Positions 57,853 to 64,000 of a stretch of 64,000 bases of DNA are shown piece by piece. The notes beneath the pieces were generated by a model. The model was given only the letters and a program-made list of their open reading frames with translations. It ran no database searches and was not told where the DNA came from. Position 1 is the stretch's first letter. Every line of letters begins with the position of its first letter. The position numbers and the translations under genes are program-made. Source of the stretch: Actinomycetes bacterium (lineage in GTDB: Bacteria; Actinomycetota; Acidimicrobiia; Acidimicrobiales; Bog-793); assembly GCA_021829645.1 (NCBI GenBank), contig JAKBPI010000005.1:338-64337 (forward strand), written 5' to 3'.

Positions 57853-58911
57853 ATGCGCTACAAAACTTTAGGAAGCACCGGCATGAAGGTATCCGAGTAC
57901 TGTCTCGGAGCAATGATGTTCGGCAAATGGGGAAATCAGGATACGGCAGACTGTATAAGAATTATAGACTACGCCTTAGATCACGGCATAAATTTCATTG
58001 ACACGGCAGACGTATACTCCGGAGGAGAATCTGAAGAGATAGTCGGTAAGGCAATTGCAGGAAAAAGAGATGCTATTATCCTGGCCACTAAAGTCCATGG
58101 CTCCATGGGGGATGATATCAACGAAGGTGGAAATTCCAGAAGATGGATTACCCGCGAAGTCGAAGCGAGTTTGAAAAGACTCGGTACCGACTACATAGAC
58201 CTTTACCAAATACATAGGCCGGATCCGACAACAGATATCGCTGAAACTCTTTCCGCTTTGACAGATTTAGTTCACCAAGGTAAAATACGTTCTTTTGGAT
58301 CCTCCACATTTGATCCAGAACTCATTGTAGAAGCACAGTGGATAGCTCAGCAACGTCATTTAGAACGCTTTATATGTGAACAGCCGCCTTATTCGTTACT
58401 CACAAGAGGCATAGAACGTTCGATACTTCCTACATGCCAAAAATACAACATGGGTGCAATAGTCTGGTCGCCGCTGGCAGGAGGATGGCTGAGCGGTAAA
58501 TATACCAAATTCGAAGACATAGATCTCTCACAAGGAAGAGCTGCCAGGCTGCCAGCCAGATTTGATCCCTCTATTCCGGGAAACAAACTCAAGTTAGAAA
58601 AAGTCTCTGCCCTTGCTTCCCTGGCCGTTCAGGCAGCCATGCCTCTTACACACATGGCCGTGAGCTTCACTCTTTCGCATCCCGGGGTTACGGCAGCCAT
58701 AATCGGCCCGCGTACCATGGATCAACTTGAAGACATCCTACGAGGTGTCGATCTAGAATTGGACGATTCACTCTTGGACGAAATTGATAAAGTGGTAGCC
58801 CCCGGAGAAAACCTCAACGAAGCAGACTCCGGCTGGAAGCCTCCGTCGCTGACAAATCCTGGGTTGAGAAGAAAAAATCCAAACTTCTCAGCGTCAAAAA
58901 GTTACTTTTAA
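57853..58911 (+). CDS. aldo/keto reductase
   Basis: Motifs INFIDTADVYSGGESEEIVG and IDLYQIHRPD, with an AKR-like fold throughout. Confidence 0.92.
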   Translation: MRYKTLGSTGMKVSEYCLGAMMFGKWGNQDTADCIRIIDYALDHGINFIDTADVYSGGESEEIVGKAIAGKRDAIILATKVHGSMGDDINEGGNSRRWITREVEASLKRLGTDYIDLYQIHRPDPTTDIAETLSALTDLVHQGKIRSFGSSTFDPELIVEAQWIAQQRHLERFICEQPPYSLLTRGIERSILPTCQKYNMGAIVWSPLAGGWLSGKYTKFEDIDLSQGRAARLPARFDPSIPGNKLKLEKVSALASLAVQAAMPLTHMAVSFTLSHPGVTAAIIGPRTMDQLEDILRGVDLELDDSLLDEIDKVVAPGENLNEADSGWKPPSLTNPGLRRKNPNFSASKSYF

Positions 58912-58944
58912 ATACTGTGCCGACCCATCAAGGAGTTCTCTGAT

Positions 58945-59331
58945 ATGGGAGTATTAGTTTGCGCCGGAGCGGTTATGAGTTGTTCTTTCGGGATGGCACC
59001 ATCCGTTTTGGATGTGCTTCCAGATACGGGTGTCGTTTGTCCCACACCGGCGGCCACCATTATGGACTTTGTACCCATGCTCAATATCATGCCATTTGGA
59101 ATGTGCATCAGTGAAGCCAACCCTGAGGTGATAGCAGCCACAGCAGCAGCCCTGGGAGTATTGACCCCTATGCCCTGTATCCCAGTTACCGTTGCCCCGT
59201 GGGTACCCGGAGCACCCACTGTTTTGTTGGCCGGGCAACCGGCACTGGACGACCTGTCAACCTGTATGTGCGCATGGGGAGGCGTGATAACCATTGAAGA
59301 TCCGGGGCAATTCCAAACTACTGTTGAGTAG
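58945..59331 (+). CDS. DUF4280 (PAAR-like) domain protein
   Basis: 128 aa with the pattern CSFG..PS.L.V...........A...D..P..NI.PFG.C.S..NP.V............P.PC.P....PW.PG...V...G.PAL...S.C.C.WGG.I.I.DPGQ. AAGGAG lies 9 nt upstream of the ATG. Confidence 0.85.
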   Translation: MGVLVCAGAVMSCSFGMAPSVLDVLPDTGVVCPTPAATIMDFVPMLNIMPFGMCISEANPEVIAATAAALGVLTPMPCIPVTVAPWVPGAPTVLLAGQPALDDLSTCMCAWGGVITIEDPGQFQTTVE

Positions 59332-59377
59332 CATTTGCTGCTTTATATCACACGCCAAACGAGATAAAAGGTAAAGT

Positions 59378-60871
59378 TTAGCCTCCGGACAACAACTGCG
59401 CCGTACCACCAAAGTATACGTTTGTGCCACAGGCACTTGTACCTCCGCCCGAACAGCTTACGGTTATGACAAATGTCGACCCCTGAGGTAAAACCAGTGG
59501 GGTACTAAGGGGGAAATCCTGAGAAGTTAGCTGACTAAGGGACATCTCGAAAAAATACTTGGGTGATGGTGCACCTGGGGGCTGAATACCGACCTGCACG
59601 GTACTGCCATTGACCTGTGTTAGATTCTCAATGATGATATCTGTCAAGTCCAATTCATTACCGGTCGGTATAACAAACAAACCTTGCGATACCTGTCCGG
59701 GGGCTGCGGCCACCGAAATTGCATTTGAGTAGGGACCGGGTGTCAATTGACTACCGGCAGCCGTAGGGGGAGCGGTTGTGGTTGTAGTGGAAGAAGTTAC
59801 AGATGTAGTCGTTGTGGTGGTGGAAGTAGTAGTTGTCGGTGCCGCGGTAGTAGTTGTCGGTGCCGCGGTAGTAGTTGTCGGTGCCGCGGTAGTAGTTGTC
59901 GGTGCCGCGGTTGTGGTTGTAGTGGTGGAAGTAGTAGTTGTGGTGGTGGAAGTAGTAGTTGTGGTAGAAGTTGCCTTACTGGTTGCTATTGATGCGGCGA
60001 TAGATGCTTTTCTGGTGGCTTCACTGGCTTGTTTGCTCGCTTTAGTAGCCGTTTTGGAAAGCTGATTGAGCTTCATTTGATTATTTATGTTCTGATGTTG
60101 CTGATTTGCCAGTTGGGGTTGGATGGCGGCAACTGCGGCATTTTTGATCTCATTTCGAACCAGTAGCCACACTCCCAGAACCACCAAAGCCGCCAACGCC
60201 AAAAATGACCCCTTGGGTAAAACCGGTTTTTGAAGCATAGTAGCGTCCAAGACAATTGGTTCAACGTTGTCTGCCGATACCGTTACCTTAAACCTGGAAT
60301 TTCTCTGCGGTCCGCGCAAATAGCGTCTTCTTGGCAAAATACGTAAATTGGTAAATACAGTAGTGCCTGGCAACAATTCCAACTGACGCGGTTTAGGCAA
60401 TATCTGTAAAGTATCCGATTGATCGCGCCCTGAAACCGTAGCCATAACAGGTACGTTGCTAAAAGAGTCTACGGCCAAACCGAGTTTACCGCGCCTTCTG
60501 CCGATCGTGACTTCCGGAATCAATTCTGCTTTCAGATCCCGGAATTCACCTACCTCGAGCAGACCTTCTTCTGTAACACTTCCGTTCGGATTATTAACAG
60601 CCACTACACGAATACCAAAGGGAATTTTACCAGGCGGAACGTACCATACCTTAGGCGGAGCCCAAGTCACGACCGTCTCTCTACTCGTATTAGGGAAAAG
60701 TGAAATAACTTCTGATTCCACATTTGCCCATTGTGCGGTATCGCCTACTACCTCTACGTGAAACTGTTCGACTATAGAACTGACATTATGTACTTGAACC
60801 TGACAGGAAACGACACCGCCAGGTTCTACGAATAAATTTTGTTCACTTAACAATAAAACTGCGGAAGCCAT
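59378..60871 (-). CDS. bitopic membrane protein: N-terminal tandem CARDB/NEW3-like Ig-fold region, one TM helix, coiled/Thr-rich stalk, C-terminal beta-rich domain
   Basis: 497 aa with no signal peptide. The TM helix is FLALAALVVLGVWLLV near residue 240, with a (TTTTAAP)n linker. The start lies 2 nt after the stop of the giant upstream gene. Confidence 0.7.
   Translation of the reverse strand: MASAVLLLSEQNLFVEPGGVVSCQVQVHNVSSIVEQFHVEVVGDTAQWANVESEVISLFPNTSRETVVTWAPPKVWYVPPGKIPFGIRVVAVNNPNGSVTEEGLLEVGEFRDLKAELIPEVTIGRRRGKLGLAVDSFSNVPVMATVSGRDQSDTLQILPKPRQLELLPGTTVFTNLRILPRRRYLRGPQRNSRFKVTVSADNVEPIVLDATMLQKPVLPKGSFLALAALVVLGVWLLVRNEIKNAAVAAIQPQLANQQHQNINNQMKLNQLSKTATKASKQASEATRKASIAASIATSKATSTTTTTSTTTTTTSTTTTTTAAPTTTTAAPTTTTAAPTTTTAAPTTTTSTTTTTTSVTSSTTTTTAPPTAAGSQLTPGPYSNAISVAAAPGQVSQGLFVIPTGNELDLTDIIIENLTQVNGSTVQVGIQPPGAPSPKYFFEMSLSQLTSQDFPLSTPLVLPQGSTFVITVSCSGGGTSACGTNVYFGGTAQLLSGG
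59826..59912. repeat. 21-bp in-frame tandem repeat (about 4 copies) encoding AAPTTTT
   Basis: Unit GGTGCCGCGGTAGTAGTTGTC is repeated head to tail. Confidence 0.9.
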
Positions 60872-60873
60872 AC

Positions 60874-63800
60874 TTATCCCGATTCAGGTTCAAGTGGATA
60901 TTTTATAATTTGTTGACCATTTTGAGCGAAACCAGTTAATACTTCTTCAATTGAATTAAGCCCCGTAAGAGGTTGATTATTTGGCCCGCTTACCTGCGTA
61001 CTCGAATCGACATACAATGTCGAGGCCCCTCCTCCGGTAATTACTACATCGTTGTTAGGTGTAACAGCAGTAGGATCGCCGGGAGTATTGACGATCCAAG
61101 TAAAGTAGTATGCCGTACCGGTGCCTCCGATCATGGTATCATAACCCACACCAGTGTAGTATTGCGTACCTGCCACGGGAACACCTGCCTCAAATGTCGT
61201 TTGCCCGTTACCTCCTATCAACATATCATGACCGGCTGAAGATGCTTGCAAAAGGTCTTTACCATTTAAAGCTATCAGAGTTTGATCTGCACTGCTAGCA
61301 ATCAAAATGTCGTTACCGCTTTCAGTACTGACTATCGTTGAGACTCCAGACAACGTATCGATAGCGGGGTTATTAGCTCCCCCGACCCCCCATTTATCAA
61401 CCGTACCATTAGCATTGAGCGTAATTCCGTCGCCGCTTTTAGCATCACTGCTGGTATCGATGGGCATGTTTTGATAGTCAACGGTACATGATGACCCGCT
61501 TGCACACACGATATTGTTATCACCTGTTCCGGGTATGATAAGAGCACTACCGGCAGCAAAAATGTTGTCGTTGTTGTTGTTTGCCACTATAATGTCAGAG
61601 AATTTTGTACCAATGACATTGTTGATAGATATCGAAATAGTCTCAGTAACGCCGCTTTGGAGCCAACCTCCTGTTATTCCAGCCTTCACTTGAACTGGGG
61701 CCCCTCCGGAAGGTGGCGTAACAGCCGTCGAAGACGAACTGAGATTCACATCCACCGAAGTAGGTGAATCGGCAAAATCAAGCCAGTTTGTCCCGTTTTC
61801 GCTAGACTTAAGAGTTAGTTGGCCAGACCCAGGGGCAAAAAAGTTATTCCCTGCACCACCAATCAAAACGTTATTTCCATTGCCTGCTACCAACGTCTCG
61901 TTACCGATCGCTCCTGAAGCGTCGACGGTATAATTTCCTGTCCCCGCTGATGCGTAATCGGAGGAAGTAGAAGTAGCCGTATTGAGTGAAATGGTTCCAC
62001 TTCCACTTCCACCTACCTCAATACCTCCGTATACCGATCCAACTATATTTTCCACGGGACTAGCAACTATCATTACTTCCCCAAGATTTCCTCCCACTTC
62101 TTGAAAATCAGAATTAGAGAGATTGAGCGAAGTGGGTGATTTGGCTAGCGACAAATTAATGGTCATGTCACCGCCGCCGCCATTGATAACTGCCGTACCG
62201 TTGTACGGAGTTAGGTAAAATATGGTAGCTCCTCCACCTCCCATTAAATACTCAGAACCAGTACCTTCATATATTGTCGTCGGAGCATTGGCCCCTATAA
62301 CGTTAGATACATTACTTATTGAGGTTACCTCTGTGCCAGAAGCAAGTCCGCTGACCTGAGTTGTCGCACCAGGCTCCAGGTTGACAATCAAACCGCCCGT
62401 AGATACTGATGCATTCTGAAAACTCACCGTATTGACTCCCAAACCACCGTTAATACTCCAAGTGCCTGGACCGACAATAAAATTGTCGTCATAATTAGTA
62501 CCTACAAGAGAGGTAATCCCGGTAAAAGAATCTTTACTGGTAGTCGAAGAACAGCCGTAGCCAGACAAGTTCACGATACCGCTACTACCCATACAAAAAG
62601 TGACCCCGGCACTGGCGTTGGAGAAGTTTAGCGTAGAACCGGAATCGCCCGTGAATGAATAGCCGGGAGTGGAGTCGGCCATAAAAATACTGTTCGGAGC
62701 GCCGGCAGACAAACTAAAAATACCGATTACTGTTCCCAGTGAAGTACCGCTGACATTTAGCGTTACGCCCACACTGTCTGTGCCTGTAAGCGTAAAGGTC
62801 GAAGCGCTGTTAGGACTTGTTAGGATGTCACTCGAATTGCCTGTATAGACACCCAGGACATCAGAGTACGACAACACCTGATTTGAGCCTAACTCAACAG
62901 AACCAGTACCAGGAGCAGTGGATAATATCAAATTTAGAGTGGAGGATCCTGTCAAGGCGAGAGATGAGGAAGCTCCGTTTCCGACAAAGACCACGGGAGA
63001 AGAGCCATCTGTAGAGAATGCAACCGTTCCGCTTGTAGGGGCAGAAAATGAAGTAAAGCCTGTCAAAGTCAGTGCAAATGTTGTATTGAGCGACATGGCA
63101 GAAGTAGCGTAATCCGCGTTCAATGTAGCGGCACCTAAATCAGGAAGATCTACCGCTATAGAAGAATTCCCTTCAATCGTACCGTACTGACTGATGCTAA
63201 TCGTAATCGCAGGAGTAGCAGAAGTAATACTGAGTGAAGCCGTTCCGGTTGCTCCAACAGACAATGTGCCTGCGTAGCCGGAAGGAAGAGATAACGCATC
63301 CGTACTACCGGAACCGTTGAGGACGATTTGCAAGAACCCGCTAAATGAAACTGTCGAGGTGGGACCGAGTGTTACCGTGCCTGATCCGGGTGTAGCGGAT
63401 AATTGGACGGTCAGATTATCAACAATGATCTTGTTGTTTGTTCCGCCGCCTCCGGAAAGTGTAGTGAATCCGGTGAAGTTTTCTGCCGGGCTGTAACCGA
63501 CACTTACTCCGGAAAGAGAAACACCGAGAGCAAGCCCTGCACTATAGGAAGCCGTCAGACTTCCTCCGGATGTATCCGTTACCGTTTCAAAATTACTGAA
63601 TGTGTAAGGAGTTGTAGAAACAGTAACCGTAGCGGTACTCGTTCCGAGTGTAACTGCCGAAGAAGTCGGCAGTGACAATGTATTGGTACTTGCATTAGCA
63701 GAAGTTCCGCCTCCGGAAAGTGTAGTGAATCCGGTGAAGTTTTCTGCCGGGCTGTAACCGACACTTACTCCGGAAAGAGAAACACCGAGAGCAAGCCCTG

Positions 63801-64000
63801 CACTATAGGAAGCCGTCAGACTTCCTCCGGATGTATCCGTTACCGTTTCAAAATTACTGAATGTGTAAGGAGTTGTAGAAACAGTAACCGTAGCGGTACT
63901 CGTTCCGAGTGTAACTGCCGAAGAAGTCGGCAGTGACAATGTATTGGTACTTGCATTAGCAGAAGTTCCGCCTCCGGAAAGTGTAGTGAATCCGGTGAAG
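60874..64000 (-). CDS. giant secreted repeat protein with RTX-like (hemolysin-type Ca-binding-like) modules; 5' end outside the window
   Basis: The frame stays open to position 64000. The track start at 63939 is a TTG (Leu) inside a repeat (..NTLSLPTSS..). Modules resemble NVIGTKFSDIIVANNNNDNIFAAGSALIIPGTGDNNI, LVAGNGNNVLIGGAGNNFF and LIGGNGQTTF. The sequence is Ser/Thr/Gly-rich. Confidence 0.8.
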   Translation of the reverse strand, partial: FTGFTTLSGGGTSANASTNTLSLPTSSAVTLGTSTATVTVSTTPYTFSNFETVTDTSGGSLTASYSAGLALGVSLSGVSVGYSPAENFTGFTTLSGGGTSANASTNTLSLPTSSAVTLGTSTATVTVSTTPYTFSNFETVTDTSGGSLTASYSAGLALGVSLSGVSVGYSPAENFTGFTTLSGGGGTNNKIIVDNLTVQLSATPGSGTVTLGPTSTVSFSGFLQIVLNGSGSTDALSLPSGYAGTLSVGATGTASLSITSATPAITISISQYGTIEGNSSIAVDLPDLGAATLNADYATSAMSLNTTFALTLTGFTSFSAPTSGTVAFSTDGSSPVVFVGNGASSSLALTGSSTLNLILSTAPGTGSVELGSNQVLSYSDVLGVYTGNSSDILTSPNSASTFTLTGTDSVGVTLNVSGTSLGTVIGIFSLSAGAPNSIFMADSTPGYSFTGDSGSTLNFSNASAGVTFCMGSSGIVNLSGYGCSSTTSKDSFTGITSLVGTNYDDNFIVGPGTWSINGGLGVNTVSFQNASVSTGGLIVNLEPGATTQVSGLASGTEVTSISNVSNVIGANAPTTIYEGTGSEYLMGGGGATIFYLTPYNGTAVINGGGGDMTINLSLAKSPTSLNLSNSDFQEVGGNLGEVMIVASPVENIVGSVYGGIEVGGSGSGTISLNTATSTSSDYASAGTGNYTVDASGAIGNETLVAGNGNNVLIGGAGNNFFAPGSGQLTLKSSENGTNWLDFADSPTSVDVNLSSSSTAVTPPSGGAPVQVKAGITGGWLQSGVTETISISINNVIGTKFSDIIVANNNNDNIFAAGSALIIPGTGDNNIVCASGSSCTVDYQNMPIDTSSDAKSGDGITLNANGTVDKWGVGGANNPAIDTLSGVSTIVSTESGNDILIASSADQTLIALNGKDLLQASSAGHDMLIGGNGQTTFEAGVPVAGTQYYTGVGYDTMIGGTGTAYYFTWIVNTPGDPTAVTPNNDVVITGGGASTLYVDSSTQVSGPNNQPLTGLNSIEEVLTGFAQNGQQIIKYPLEPESG
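63442..64000. repeat. 261-bp (87-codon) tandem repeat, copies identical by eye, at least 2.1 copies, running off the window
   Basis: TCCGGAAAGTGTAGTGAATCCGGTGAAG recurs at 63451, 63712 and 63973. The intervening sequence is identical on visual comparison. Confidence 0.9.

Noticed and set aside
58908-59294. A 128-aa minus-strand ORF mirroring the DUF4280 gene.
   Set aside because: The + strand frame carries the DUF4280 Cys/Gly/Pro signature and an AAGGAG ribosome-binding site. The minus-strand product is low-complexity with no motif, so it is a shadow ORF.

Overview
This 64-kb window looks like ordinary chromosome from an Actinomycetota-type bacterium with moderate GC (judged by eye, not computed). 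The lineage call rests on several markers: a proteasome activator Bpa ending in GMYL, the actinobacterial trio of SCO1664-family kinase-like protein, DUF3090 and MSMEG_4193-type phosphomutase, a tiny bL37-like ribosomal protein ORF, an FrhB/F420-family oxidoreductase, and menaquinone genes. About 50 protein genes are densely packed and mostly housekeeping: menA/menB/menE, dnaE, metG, rsmI, gcvT/gcvP, pepN, a TatD-family hydrolase, bcp, and an HtrA-like protease. I recognised no rRNA, tRNA, CRISPR array or intact mobile element. Non-CDS features I can support are a tandem glycine riboswitch placed between gcvT and gcvP, several strong hairpins, and in-frame tandem repeats inside three exported-protein genes. 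Five regions look most worth a second look. (1) At the right edge, an orphan PAAR-like DUF4280 gene faces an operon of a giant RTX-like repeat protein (truncated by the window) plus a bitopic Ig-fold membrane protein. (2) An NRAMP homolog carries NRMT-type (Mg2+-like) site substitutions and sits behind a pore-less MgtE N-domain/CBS protein. (3) Two double-YbjQ-domain genes are bracketed by a LuxR-type response regulator and a GAF histidine kinase, followed by DoxX. (4) The peroxiredoxin gene bcp overlaps an FrhB-family Fe-S flavoprotein gene (TAATG). (5) A Kelch protein carries a 6-unit aromatic-Gly repeat. All family names come from motif recognition by eye. No database search was run.
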